From: Corynebacterium glutamicum ATCC 13032
GTDB lineage: Bacteria > Actinomycetota > Actinomycetes > Mycobacteriales > Mycobacteriaceae
Length of the DNA: 32,000 bases
Direction: 5' to 3'
NCBI RefSeq assembly: GCF_000011325.1
Contig: NC_003450.3
Coordinates: 1,380,001 to 1,412,000, forward strand
The notes under the pieces: generated by a model
Database searches by the model: none
Told to the model about the DNA's origin: nothing
Seen by the model: only the letters and a program-made list of their open reading frames with translations
Part shown: piece by piece, positions 9,088 through 18,553 of the stretch
Numbering within the stretch: the first letter of the stretch is position 1
How the letters are laid out: each line of letters begins with the position of its first letter
Translations under genes and position numbers: made by a program

Positions 9088-10791
9088 ATGTCCAGTTCCG
9101 AAAGCTCGCGTTCCGAAGGCTCGCAGCCAGCACCGTCTGTACAGCCTGAACGCCGTGCTGATTCAACGGGGGCTCCTGCGGCAGCTTCCAAGGAAGCTTC
9201 CCAACAAATGGACGCTGCCGGAGTTCTTGAGTGGGCCAGGACCGCTGTCGAGCAGCTTTCTGAACGTCGTGCAGAGATCAATGCACTGAATGTCTTTCCT
9301 GTTCCAGATGCAGACACTGGATCAAACATGACCTACACCATGACAGCTGCGTTGGATGAAGCGCTGAAACTGGGGGAGTTGGGTGATGTCGCAAGGATTA
9401 CTGAGGCTTTGGCTGTTGGTTCTGTGCGTGGAGCCCGAGGAAATTCTGGAGTAGTCCTTAGTCAGGTCCTTCGCGCTATTGCTCAGGCAGCTGCTGACGG
9501 GGTTATTGATGGCCACACAATCCAAGAAGCGCTATCCATTGCTCGCTCCCTAGTTGATCGCGCAATTACAGATCCTGTGGAGGGCACTGTTGTCACTGTG
9601 TTGCGTTCTGCAGCTATTGAAGTAGAACACCTCGTGGAGGCAGGACACGCCGCGTTGCCCGATGTCGTCAACGCAGCAGTGAAAGCAGCACGCACCGCGC
9701 TTGCCAGGACGCCATCCCAACTAGCTGTTCTCCGAGAAGCCGGAGTTGTTGATGCCGGGGGACAGGGCCTAGTTATTCTCCTGGAGTCCCTGGCCGAACA
9801 AATCAACGGAAACCCACCTCACCATCCATCGCACCACAGTGAACCAGCCGAAGAACCCTCCTTCCACGGCAAAACCGGCGACCTAGAAGTGATGTTTTAC
9901 ATTGCATGCGACTCCGCGCAAACACTCGATGCTCTCCACAACGAACTTGAAACACTAGGCGACAGCCTGCTCATCGCCCGAGAAACCAATACCCGCGGCA
10001 CCGTTCACATCCATTCGCGCCGGGCAGGCGAGGTCATCCAAAAAGCATTTGCCGCAGGAGACGTCAGCGAACTCCGCCTTGAAATCCTCCCCGATACTTC
10101 CGGCAGCTTCACGGAAGAACCACGCCGGGTCCTCATGGCTGTCGCACCTGACGGCCTGGTGGCGGAGCTGTACCGCAGCGCTGGAGTGAAGGTGGTGGCC
10201 CGCAACATCGCGCAATCCAAGTCTGATGATGTGGTGGCAAAGATCGTTTCCATCGCGCGCAAGTCTGGTGCCGATGAGGTGATCTTGCTGCCCAACGGTC
10301 TTTTGACCAAGCGTGAGCTGGTTTCCATTGAGCGTTCCAGCCATGCTTTTGAGCAAAGTGTGGTTATTTTGCCTACTGCCACGTTGGTTGCAGGTCTTGC
10401 AGCGGTGTCCGTTCATGAGCCAGCGCAACCCCTGGCGGTGGATTCCTATGCCATGGCAGAGGCCGCCGGTTCCATGCGCACGGCCACGATCCGCGCCGCC
10501 ACCAGCGCCGCGCTCACCCAGGCCGGCGCATGCTCCAAGGGTGATCTATTAAGCTTCATCGGCCCGGAGATAGCTCTGGTCTCCGAGGAGCTCAACGACG
10601 CGCTATCGCGCACCGCTTTAAGGCTTCTCGACGGCTCCAGCGAGCAAATTACCCTTCTCATAGCGCAAGACCGTCAGTCCGCCTTCGACGAAGATGTTTT
10701 CCGCCGTGGCCTGGGAACTCACACGGATGTGGAGATCACGGTCTATCCTGCTACTGGAATGGAGAATCTGGTAGAGATCGGAGTGGAGTAG
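9088..10791 (+). CDS. DAK2 domain-containing protein (YloV-like)
   Basis: Contains LNVFPVPDADTGSNM, typical of the Dak2 phosphatase/kinase domain. It lies immediately upstream of recG, as in many Gram-positives. ATG 9088 is preferred over the GTG-type start at 9064. Confidence 0.9.
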   Translation: MSSSESSRSEGSQPAPSVQPERRADSTGAPAAASKEASQQMDAAGVLEWARTAVEQLSERRAEINALNVFPVPDADTGSNMTYTMTAALDEALKLGELGDVARITEALAVGSVRGARGNSGVVLSQVLRAIAQAAADGVIDGHTIQEALSIARSLVDRAITDPVEGTVVTVLRSAAIEVEHLVEAGHAALPDVVNAAVKAARTALARTPSQLAVLREAGVVDAGGQGLVILLESLAEQINGNPPHHPSHHSEPAEEPSFHGKTGDLEVMFYIACDSAQTLDALHNELETLGDSLLIARETNTRGTVHIHSRRAGEVIQKAFAAGDVSELRLEILPDTSGSFTEEPRRVLMAVAPDGLVAELYRSAGVKVVARNIAQSKSDDVVAKIVSIARKSGADEVILLPNGLLTKRELVSIERSSHAFEQSVVILPTATLVAGLAAVSVHEPAQPLAVDSYAMAEAAGSMRTATIRAATSAALTQAGACSKGDLLSFIGPEIALVSEELNDALSRTALRLLDGSSEQITLLIAQDRQSAFDEDVFRRGLGTHTDVEITVYPATGMENLVEIGVE

Positions 10792-10795
10792 CCAC

Positions 10796-12919
10796 ATGTT
10801 GGGTTGGCATGACGAGCGTTTGCTCAAAGACATCCTTCCGGCAAAGGAAGCCACAGCGATTAAAAAGGCGCTGGGCTACACCACTGCGGAAGAGTTGCTC
10901 CGCCACCATGTGCGCAAATACTCCCACCACGGCTCTGGCGTGGGAATTGGTGATGCCACTGAGGGCGATCTTGTTACCATCGTGGGTCAGGTCGCCTTTG
11001 CCAAGCAGTCCTATACCCAGTCCGGCAAGATGCTGTACAAGGTTACAGTCTTGACTGAGACGGAACGCATCGGCATTTCCTTCTTCGGAGCCAAGCACAT
11101 TCCGCGTCTTCTCCCAGAAGGCACTCGTGCGCTTTTTACCGGCAAGGTGAAGTTTTTTCGCAACGAACCTCAGCTATCTCATCCAGAGTTCATTGTGATC
11201 CCAGATCCTGGATCAGGCCGCCGACTCACCGCCACTGGCGGTATGAAATCTCTGGCTGCCTACGGCGATGTGGAAGAAGTGGCACTTCGTTTGGTGGATC
11301 GCGAATACATCCCGATCTATGCCGGCACCGCCACCATGACTACCTGGCGGATCATGGCTGCAGTGCAACGGGTACTGGAAACCATGCCGGTGATCAAAGA
11401 ACCACTGAGCGTGGTGCCCGAAGGCATGCCCAGTTTCGACGAGGCCATCCGCGGCATTCACGATCCAGGCCATGAATCTCCCAGCACGTTTATCAACCGT
11501 CTGAAATACAACGAAGCACTATCGCTGGCCACGGTGATGGCGATCCGGCGTGCCGATACCAAGAACCGCAAAGCACCACCCATGCCGCGCGCACTCAAAG
11601 GGCATCAGCACATGCTCATCGATGCACTCAACTTTCAGCTCACAGTGGGACAGAAGCAAGTGATCCGTGAGATCAGCGCGGACATTGAACAACGCGTTCC
11701 CATGTCTCGTCTGCTCCAAGGTGAGGTTGGTTCGGGTAAAACCATCGTGTCGTTGATCGCGATGCTGCAGGCAATTGATTCCGGTAGGCAGTGCGCCATG
11801 CTCGCCCCGACGGAAGTGTTGGCCACCCAGCATGCCCGCAGCCTGAGCAAAACTCTCGACGACGCAGGCCTTGATATCAATGTTGTGCTCTTGACTGGCT
11901 CGATGCCCACGGGAGCCAAGAAGGAGGCTCTGCTGGAAATCATCTCCGGTGACGCAGACATTGTGGTCGGCACGCATGCGCTGATCCAGGACACCGTGGA
12001 GTTCTTCGACCTTGGCCTCGTGGTGGTGGATGAGCAGCACCGTTTCGGCGTGGAGCAACGCGATCAACTGCGGACCAAGGGCAGGGAAGGCCTGACCCCG
12101 CACCTATTGGTTATGACTGCGACCCCAATTCCGCGCACCATCGCCATGACGGTGTTCGGCGACTTGGCGGTGTCCACGTTGCGTGAACTTCCAGGCGGGC
12201 GCCGGCCGATTCAAACCTCGGTGATACCCGATCACAAACCTGGCTGGGTTAAACGCGGTTGGGAACGCATCGGTGAGGAAGTCCTCGCCGGACGCCAAGC
12301 CTATGTGGTGTGTCCGCGCATTGAAGGCGAAGGCGGCGTGCTGGAAATCCACGCCTATCTTTCCGAACAGGTATATCCAGGATTGAATGTTGGAATGCTG
12401 CACGGTCGCATGGACACGGATCTCAAAGATTCGGTCATGCAGGAATTCGCCCAAGGTGAGATCGATATTTTGGTCGCCACCACGGTCATTGAGGTCGGTA
12501 TTGACGTTGCCAACGCCACCGTCATGCTCATCCGCGAGGCGGAACGCTTCGGCGTTTCCCAGATCCACCAGCTGCGCGGCCGTGTTGGCCGTGGGCAGCA
12601 CGATTCCCTCTGCCTGCTGCACACCACCTTCGACGAGGACTCCCCACAAGGCCAACGCCTCGCCGCAATTTCCACCACAACCGACGGTTTTCAACTCTCT
12701 GAACTTGATTTGCAGGTACGCCAAGAAGGCGACGTGTTGGGCACCCGCCAGTCCGGCAGCGACACCAAACTCCGTCACCTCTCGTTTATCAGCGACCAAA
12801 AAATCATCGAGCGTGCGCTTATCGACGCCACCGAGCTGGTTGCCGCCAGCCGTTCCAGGGCGCTTGAGCTGGTCAGCGACATCGCAATGATCAACCAGGA
12901 ATACCTGGAAAAGAGCTGA
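10796..12919 (+). CDS. recG: ATP-dependent DNA helicase RecG
   Basis: 707 aa with an N-terminal wedge/OB region, Walker A GEVGSGKT, the DEQH box VVDEQHRFG and helicase motif VI QLRGRVGRG. Confidence 0.96.
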   Translation: MLGWHDERLLKDILPAKEATAIKKALGYTTAEELLRHHVRKYSHHGSGVGIGDATEGDLVTIVGQVAFAKQSYTQSGKMLYKVTVLTETERIGISFFGAKHIPRLLPEGTRALFTGKVKFFRNEPQLSHPEFIVIPDPGSGRRLTATGGMKSLAAYGDVEEVALRLVDREYIPIYAGTATMTTWRIMAAVQRVLETMPVIKEPLSVVPEGMPSFDEAIRGIHDPGHESPSTFINRLKYNEALSLATVMAIRRADTKNRKAPPMPRALKGHQHMLIDALNFQLTVGQKQVIREISADIEQRVPMSRLLQGEVGSGKTIVSLIAMLQAIDSGRQCAMLAPTEVLATQHARSLSKTLDDAGLDINVVLLTGSMPTGAKKEALLEIISGDADIVVGTHALIQDTVEFFDLGLVVVDEQHRFGVEQRDQLRTKGREGLTPHLLVMTATPIPRTIAMTVFGDLAVSTLRELPGGRRPIQTSVIPDHKPGWVKRGWERIGEEVLAGRQAYVVCPRIEGEGGVLEIHAYLSEQVYPGLNVGMLHGRMDTDLKDSVMQEFAQGEIDILVATTVIEVGIDVANATVMLIREAERFGVSQIHQLRGRVGRGQHDSLCLLHTTFDEDSPQGQRLAAISTTTDGFQLSELDLQVRQEGDVLGTRQSGSDTKLRHLSFISDQKIIERALIDATELVAASRSRALELVSDIAMINQEYLEKS

Positions 12920-12938
12920 TATTGATAGGGTTTAAGTC

Positions 12939-13154
12939 ATGAAGATCTACGCACCTTTTGCTGGAATCGTCCACTATTTTGTCGATGAAGGCGATCCCGT
13001 GGAAACCGGCATGCAACTGGGAACGGTAGAAACCATCAAACTCGAGGCACCAATCATGGCACCGGGACCTGGCATCGTAGCTAAGGTTTCTTTTGATGAT
13101 TTCTCCGACGTCACCGGCGGCGATGAACTCCTCGAATTGGAGGCAAAGAACTAA
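12939..13154 (+). CDS. Free-standing biotinyl/lipoyl-attachment domain protein (71 aa)
   Basis: The sequence IYAPFAGIV...VDEGDPVETGMQLGTVETIKLEAPIMAPGPGIVAKV matches the BCCP hammerhead fold pattern, with TIKL in place of the canonical AMKM. Its stop overlaps the rsmD start (taATG at 13152-13156). Confidence 0.8.
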   Translation: MKIYAPFAGIVHYFVDEGDPVETGMQLGTVETIKLEAPIMAPGPGIVAKVSFDDFSDVTGGDELLELEAKN

Positions 13155-13738
13155 TGGGTCAAACCCGCATCATTTCCGGCGACGCACGCGGCCGCAAGAT
13201 CGAAGTACCACCAGCAGGTACCCGCCCCACCTCTGACCGCGCACGCGAAGGTCTCTTCTCCTCACTGCAGGTCCGTTTCGGATTTGAGGGCCAGCGCGTC
13301 CTCGACATTTTTGCCGGCTCCGGCGCACTCGGATTGGAAGCTGCCTCCAGGGGTGCCGATGAGGTAGTTCTGGTCGAGTCGAATCCTAAGGCCGTAGAGG
13401 TAATTCGACGGAATGTGGACGTCGTAAAGCATCCTCGCGTAACCGTCGCAGAGATGAAAGCATCCACCTACCTTGCGTCCGCACCCGATAAGTTTTTCAC
13501 GATGGTGCTCGCCGACCCGCCCTATGAGCTTGCCGACGACGCCGTCACCGAGATGCTCACCGCATTGACGCCTAAGCTTCTCGACGGCGCCGCCGTGGTC
13601 GTGGAACGCCACGTAGACTCGCCAGAAACCGCATGGCCCGCCTGGCTGGTACCCACCACCCAGAAACTTAAAAAACGAACCTACGGCATAGCACGCATGG
13701 ACATGGCCGTTTTCGACGAATCTCTGCTTCAGGAGTAA
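13154..13738 (+). CDS. rsmD: 16S rRNA (guanine966-N2)-methyltransferase RsmD-type
   Basis: SAM-binding motif DIFAGSGALGLEA and catalytic motif LADPPYE. It is adjacent to coaD, as is typical. Confidence 0.9.
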   Translation: MGQTRIISGDARGRKIEVPPAGTRPTSDRAREGLFSSLQVRFGFEGQRVLDIFAGSGALGLEAASRGADEVVLVESNPKAVEVIRRNVDVVKHPRVTVAEMKASTYLASAPDKFFTMVLADPPYELADDAVTEMLTALTPKLLDGAAVVVERHVDSPETAWPAWLVPTTQKLKKRTYGIARMDMAVFDESLLQE

Positions 13739-13741
13739 CCA

Positions 13742-14224
13742 ATGAAAGCTGTTTGCCCAGGATCATTCGACCCCATCACCCTCGGCCACCTCGACATCGT
13801 GACCCGCGCCGCCGCGCAATTTAGCGAAGTCACCATCTTGGTCACCGCCAACCCCAACAAAAACTCAGGACTGTTCACCGTCGCAGAACGCATGGATCTC
13901 ATCCGCGAATCCACCGCACACCTCGACAACGTAAAAGTAGACACCTGGGCCTCACTGCTCGTGGATTACACCACCGAACATGGCATCGGCGCCCTAGTCA
14001 AAGGCCTGCGAAGCTCCCTCGACTACGAATACGAGCTCCCCATGGCACAGATGAACAGGCGACTCACGGGCGTAGACACCTTCTTCCTCCTCACCGACGA
14101 GAAATACGGCTACGTCAGCTCCACACTGTGCAAAGAAGTTGCCCGCTTCGGTGGCGATGTCTCCGGCCTCCTACCTGAGGTAGTGGCAAAAGCCGTGACA
14201 GAAAAATACAGCAACCAGCACTAG
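13742..14224 (+). CDS. coaD: Phosphopantetheine adenylyltransferase
   Basis: The N-terminus AVCPGSFDPITLGHLDIV carries the nucleotidyltransferase T/HxGH motif. 160 aa, with the SD aggag 7 nt upstream. Confidence 0.96.
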   Translation: MKAVCPGSFDPITLGHLDIVTRAAAQFSEVTILVTANPNKNSGLFTVAERMDLIRESTAHLDNVKVDTWASLLVDYTTEHGIGALVKGLRSSLDYEYELPMAQMNRRLTGVDTFFLLTDEKYGYVSSTLCKEVARFGGDVSGLLPEVVAKAVTEKYSNQH

Positions 14225-14395
14225 TTTCTTTTGCATCAAGCGTCTAGACTATGGAACCGACTTATCACAGACACGTGAAATAAGGAGGTGACAGCGATGG
14301 GTGTGGACCGACGGATGTGGAAAATGAGTCCTGAACGACTTCAGGAACATCTGCAACTGAAAAACCGCGCACGACAAATCCCGGACAAGAAGAAG

Positions 14396-14438
14396 CAACA
14401 AAACAAAAGGGCCTGCCGAGACAATTCTCGGCGGGCCT
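14396..14438 (-). terminator. Strong intrinsic terminator reading on the minus strand, with no annotated gene
   Basis: A 12-13 bp GC-rich stem (14409-14421 with 14426-14438, one G-U pair, loop caat). On the minus strand it is followed by ttttgttttgttg (reverse complement of 14396-14408). There is no U-tract on the plus strand. Confidence 0.6.
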
Positions 14439-14658
14439 CCCGCAATTCTGGGGTATTTCCACGTGGTCGCTTGTTGCCTTCACCCTGTTGGGTGGGGCAG
14501 CTTTCCGCAACCGTCAGAATTAGGCCAAATCCCTAAGTGACTGAGCGTCCCTTGGTCTGAAAATCGCGTTTACAGGCTGAAATACTGCAGATCGAGACCA
14601 AAACCTCGTCGGCAGTAAGCTCCCTTGGTCTCGATGGGACGGTTAATGGATTCAAAAA

Positions 14659-14696
14659 CCCGTCCAGTGTGAGTTCGAGTCTCACCAGGGGCGCCA
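14659..14696 (+). other. tRNA 3'-end fragment (att-like), copy A
   Basis: The sequence cccgtccagtGTGAGTTCGAGTCTCACCAGGGGCgCCA contains a T-arm, the 3' acceptor strand, a discriminator and CCA. The complementary 5' acceptor strand GCCCCTG is absent upstream, so this is not an intact tRNA. Confidence 0.7.
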
Positions 14697-14744
14697 GTAT
14701 CAGTGGGATGCCTTCATTTCCGAGTTCTTGGGTTATCTTGAACG

Positions 14745-14784
14745 CAAAAACCTGCGAGCCGATAATGACTCGCAGGTTTTTTAA
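14745..14784. terminator. Bidirectional intrinsic terminator downstream of the ABC ATPase gene
   Basis: Stem acctgcgag (14750-14758) pairs with ctcgcaggt (14769-14777). It is flanked by aaaaa and tttttt. Confidence 0.75.
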
Positions 14785-14796
14785 GACCCGAAAAGG

Positions 14797-15561
14797 TTAG
14801 AGCAGAGAAGACAGGAAGTCTTTGGTGCGCTGTTCCTTTGGATTGTCCAGAACTTGTTCGGGGGTTCCGGCTTCAACGACAACTCCATCGGCCATGAACA
14901 CGACCTGGTCGGCGACTTCGTGGGCGAAGCCCATTTCGTGGGTGACAACAAGCATGGTCATGCCGTCGTCGGCGAGCTGTTTCATCACTCGCAGGACTTC
15001 ACCGACGAGTTCAGGGTCCAAAGCGCTGGTGGGTTCGTCGAAAAGCATGAGCTTTGGCTCCATGGCGACGGCGCGGGCAATTGCAACGCGCTGCTGCTGA
15101 CCACCCGACAGTTGGACGGGGTAGGCGTCCGCCTTGTGGGCGAGGCCGACCTGCTCAAGCAGCTCCATGGCACGTGCGCGGGCCTTGCTTTCGGGCTGCT
15201 TCTTCACGTGGATGGGAGCTTCGATGATGTTCTCGATCACCGTGCGGTGGGGGAAGAGGTTGAAGTTCTGGAACACCATGCCGATATCGGAGCGCTGCTT
15301 GGCGGCGTCCTTCTCAGAGATTTCGTACAGCACGCCATCGCGCTCGCGGTAGCCAATGAGATCGCCATCGACATACAAGCGACCCGCGTTGACCTTTTCC
15401 AGGTGGTTAACGCAGCGCAGCATGGTGGATTTACCGGAACCAGAAGGACCGATCAAGCAGGTGACGGTACCTTTAGGAACCTGCAAGTCAATGCCCTTGA
15501 GCACTTCCAAGCGTCCGTAGTTTTTGCAGACCTGCTGAGCATCAATCATCAGTTGCGACAT
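14797..15561 (-). CDS. Polar amino-acid ABC transporter ATP-binding protein
   Basis: Walker [10 protein letters not shown], signature [14 protein letters not shown] and Walker [13 protein letters not shown]. GlnQ/HisP-like length. Confidence 0.95.
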   Translation of the reverse strand: MSQLMIDAQQVCKNYGRLEVLKGIDLQVPKGTVTCLIGPSGSGKSTMLRCVNHLEKVNAGRLYVDGDLIGYRERDGVLYEISEKDAAKQRSDIGMVFQNFNLFPHRTVIENIIEAPIHVKKQPESKARARAMELLEQVGLAHKADAYPVQLSGGQQQRVAIARAVAMEPKLMLFDEPTSALDPELVGEVLRVMKQLADDGMTMLVVTHEMGFAHEVADQVVFMADGVVVEAGTPEQVLDNPKEQRTKDFLSSLL

Positions 15562-15564
15562 TTG

Positions 15565-16515
15565 CTAGTTCTCCTTGGAAGTTTCAGGAACAACGGTGAC
15601 ATTGCCCGGGATTGCGCCTTCAGCATCAGCCAACGCAGCGAGCTGACGTGCGGTCAGGGTGCGGGTGCTGCCCTTTTCGAAGTGCTTCTCCAGGTAGTAC
15701 TGACCAACCATAAGAATAGAGGTGATGACCAAGTACCAGCTCGCAGCAACCAGAAGCATTGGAACTGGCTCGAAGAGGGAGTACGCAATATCCATGCTGC
15801 GGCCGTACAGCTCGAGAGAATAAGGAATCGCAACAACCAGAGAGGTGGTCTTGAGCATGGAGATCAGTTCATTGCCGGTTGGCGGAATGATGATGCGCAT
15901 GGCCTGCGGCAAGATGGTGCGACGCATGGTCATTGACCAGTTCATACCCAAAGCTTTCGACGCCTCCATCTGGCCCTCAGGCACCGCTTGGATGCCCGAG
16001 CGCACGATTTCCGCCATGTACGCAGCCTCGTTGAGACCCAGACCGATCACCGCGAGCAGGAACATATTAGACAGCAAGCTTTGCAGATCGATCTCTGCGA
16101 AACCGAGGTTGATCGACTGGTACAAGGAACCCAGCAGGCCCCAGAACACCAACTGCACATAAATTGGGGTGCCGCGGAAAATCCACAGGTACAGCCACGC
16201 TACGCCCTGCATGACAGGGTTGCCGGACATACGCATGACGGCCAAGATTGCGCCGAGAACCACACCCAAGATCATGGACAGCAAGGTCAGCGCAATGGTG
16301 TGAAGTGCCGCGGTGGCAATGCGGGTGTCAAAAAGATACGAGCGGTAGGTATCCCAACCGTAGGCCTCATTGTTGAGCGCGCTGATGATAAACCATGCGA
16401 GCAGTGCCACGATGATAGCGGCTGCGACCCACCGGCCAGGGTGGCGTAGTGGCTTGGCTTCAATCGGTTTCGGTTGGGCCGTTGAAGCTCCAGGCCCTTG
16501 ATTAAGATCTGACAT
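15565..16515 (-). CDS. Polar amino-acid ABC transporter permease
   Basis: Multi-TM protein with an EAA-type loop (EASKALGMNWSMTMRRTILPQA). It lies 3 nt upstream of the ATPase gene. Confidence 0.93.
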   Translation of the reverse strand: MSDLNQGPGASTAQPKPIEAKPLRHPGRWVAAAIIVALLAWFIISALNNEAYGWDTYRSYLFDTRIATAALHTIALTLLSMILGVVLGAILAVMRMSGNPVMQGVAWLYLWIFRGTPIYVQLVFWGLLGSLYQSINLGFAEIDLQSLLSNMFLLAVIGLGLNEAAYMAEIVRSGIQAVPEGQMEASKALGMNWSMTMRRTILPQAMRIIIPPTGNELISMLKTTSLVVAIPYSLELYGRSMDIAYSLFEPVPMLLVAASWYLVITSILMVGQYYLEKHFEKGSTRTLTARQLAALADAEGAIPGNVTVVPETSKEN

Positions 16516-16557
16516 CTGTGAAGTAATCCTTTAATTGTTTTTAGTTGCTGGAAGGCT

Positions 16558-17562
16558 CTAGTTGAGTGGCTGTTCGTTGATCAGGGCCTCATCAAGAAGG
16601 CCTTCTTCAATGCCCCATTGCGCCATGATGCGCTGGTAATCGCCGGTGTCAATCAAGTGTTGGAACGCCGCAGCTGCTGCTGGGGTGAGGTCAGATTCCA
16701 ACGGGAATGCGAAACCAAATGGCGCAGCCAAGTACATATCGCCCACAACTTCGATGCGGCCTTCGGAGCGCTCTGCAGCCCAAGCTGAAACAGGGGAGTC
16801 CGCAGCAAGTGCGTCTGCGCGTCCCAGGATCAATGCGGTAGCTGCAGTATCTGCGGTTTCATAAGACAAAATGGTGATCGGCTCTTTGCCTTCGGCTTCA
16901 CATTGAGCTGAGCGAGGACGGACATCGTCGGTCTCTGCCACGGTTGTGCGCTGTACAGCAACGGTGAGACCACAGGCGTTTTCCGGATCGATTGGGGTTT
17001 CACGATCAGTTGCCTGCGCCCACTGCACACCTGCGAAGAGGAAATCGATGAAATCAAAGTTCTCGCGGCGTTCCTCGTTGTCAGTGAAGCCAGAGGCTCC
17101 GATATCAAGGGTGCCAGCTTGAACCGATGGAAGGATGAGGGAGAAATCCTGCTCCTGAGGGCTGAACTCCAAGCCCATCACCCCCGCCATTGCACGCACG
17201 AGGTCCATTTCCACACCGATAATCTGACCATCGGAATCTTTAAACTCAAACGGTGGGAAAGGTGGGTTGGCACCGGCGGTGAGCACACCGCGCTGAGCCA
17301 GAGCTTCGGGAACCATCGCCTGAATCTCCGGTACAGGATCTGGAACGATCTGCTCCCAGCCATCTGGGTTGCCCTGCTCCTCATTGGTGACACAAGAAGC
17401 CAAGGTGAATGAGGTTGCCACGATGCCGACGGTCGCCGCTACAGCGCGCTTGGGGATTTTGGGGAAACGCAAAGTGCTATGCAGTAGCCGTTTCAGAGGC
17501 GGTGTCTGCGAAATTCGCAATCGGGTGAAACTCTCAATCATGGGCAAAATACTACCTGCCAT
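16558..17562 (-). CDS. Amino-acid ABC transporter substrate-binding lipoprotein (family 3)
   Basis: Signal peptide with lipobox FTLASC. PBP type-2 sequence (PPFEFKD..., DIGASGFTDNEER). It is the first gene of the transporter operon. The exact start is uncertain. Confidence 0.9.
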   Translation of the reverse strand: MAGSILPMIESFTRLRISQTPPLKRLLHSTLRFPKIPKRAVAATVGIVATSFTLASCVTNEEQGNPDGWEQIVPDPVPEIQAMVPEALAQRGVLTAGANPPFPPFEFKDSDGQIIGVEMDLVRAMAGVMGLEFSPQEQDFSLILPSVQAGTLDIGASGFTDNEERRENFDFIDFLFAGVQWAQATDRETPIDPENACGLTVAVQRTTVAETDDVRPRSAQCEAEGKEPITILSYETADTAATALILGRADALAADSPVSAWAAERSEGRIEVVGDMYLAAPFGFAFPLESDLTPAAAAAFQHLIDTGDYQRIMAQWGIEEGLLDEALINEQPLN

Positions 17563-17661
17563 GGTGCAATAACCTTAAGTGAGGCTGGATTTTGCGTTGG
17601 CAGGCGCTCGGGTTTTGTTTTATCCGGCATGGGCTCGGGAGGGACTTTAAAATAAACAGCT

Positions 17662-18471
17662 ATGTCGAGCCAACAAACGATCTTCATCATTTTGCTCTTT
17701 GCCGCAGTGATTCTCATTTCCATAGTAATGATTACAGCTGCCTTCAAAACCCGGAAAAAGCGCTTTGCCGCGCGGGCTGAAGGAATGGCCAACCCTACAA
17801 TTCCTGCGCCAACTGTGCCGTGGCAGCGCTTCGCCGGAGCACTTGCAGCCTTGTACGCTAGGCCTGAATGGCACAAGACCCGCGGAGCGAAACGAGTGTA
17901 CTCAGCTGAACAGACTTATTTTGGGTTTGTCTCAGCAATGCCACTGGGGATGGTGCAAAACATGCTGCAAACAGACTGGGGTGTGAAAAAGTCTGAGCAT
18001 GCAGTTGATCAGCTTTCTAAAGGAGTGGAAGTGATCGTTGGGGTAGCCGCAGGCAACTGGCGTAAAAACGGAGTATCACCCGCACAAGTGGAAGAGGCAG
18101 GCCAGCGGTTAGCAGCTGAAGGATTGGCTCATCCACACTTTGTTGTATTCCAAAAGCAGCTTCAACAGGCAGATCCAAATGCAGAATATGATCTCGATGT
18201 GCTCGCATTTGATATCGCACGCGTAGCCAACCTCCTTCGCTGGGCTGCTTATACAGATCTGTTGCTCCCTGCAGAAGCCCGTTGGTTCCAAGACCAGCTG
18301 GGAATTGCGGCTGCTGTGTCCTTTGGGAGCTGGGAAGAATACGGAGAGCGATACGTCCGTGGACTACAGAAGAACTTCAAGGGCGGAAACAAGCCATATA
18401 TCGAAGGAGAACGCTGGCTCAACACTGAGGCTGAAAGTCCATGGAAGACCCAAAAGTGGATTAGCGCCTAA
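17662..18471 (+). CDS. Membrane-anchored DUF1266-like protein
   Basis: N-terminal TM helix IFIILLFAAVILISIVMITAAF. The C-terminal pattern AFDIARVANLLRWAAYTDLL..EARW......FGSWEEYG resembles DUF1266. This is a motif-level recollection. Confidence 0.7.
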   Translation: MSSQQTIFIILLFAAVILISIVMITAAFKTRKKRFAARAEGMANPTIPAPTVPWQRFAGALAALYARPEWHKTRGAKRVYSAEQTYFGFVSAMPLGMVQNMLQTDWGVKKSEHAVDQLSKGVEVIVGVAAGNWRKNGVSPAQVEEAGQRLAAEGLAHPHFVVFQKQLQQADPNAEYDLDVLAFDIARVANLLRWAAYTDLLLPAEARWFQDQLGIAAAVSFGSWEEYGERYVRGLQKNFKGGNKPYIEGERWLNTEAESPWKTQKWISA

Positions 18472-18491
18472 CTGCTCATGAGCTAAGCGGC

Positions 18492-18540
18492 AAAAAGCCC
18501 CGAGTCTGCCTTCAAACGGCAGATTCGGGGCGATTTCTTT
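18492..18540. terminator. Bidirectional terminator between convergent genes
   Basis: A 14 bp stem, gccccgagtctgcc (18497-18510) with ggcagattcggggc (18518-18531), containing one G-U pair. An A-run lies upstream and tttcttt downstream. Confidence 0.75.
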
Positions 18541-18553
18541 GTGGAGTTCTTAT

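Noticed and set aside
11519-12799. Minus-strand ORFs 11519-12103, 11635-11994, 12104-12799 and 12355-12678
   Set aside because: All are antisense shadows within recG.
14265-14510. 81-aa minus-strand ORF in the coaD downstream spacer
   Set aside because: It reads straight through the strong hairpin, has no SD, and its composition looks non-coding.
14605-14697. Possible intact tRNA gene at copy A (and likewise at 20049-20140 for copy B)
   Set aside because: Only the T-arm, 3' acceptor strand and CCA are present. The required 5' acceptor strand GCCCCTG and the D-arm are absent within 100 nt upstream of either copy, so both are fragments.
14854-15936. 360-aa plus-strand ORF spanning two ABC transporter genes
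   Set aside because: It crosses the ATPase/permease gene boundary on the opposite strand from genes with canonical Walker and signature motifs.
17538-17876. Minus-strand ORFs 17538-17876 and 17647-17874
   Set aside because: They overlap the divergent promoter region and the 5' end of the DUF1266-like gene. There is no supporting signal.
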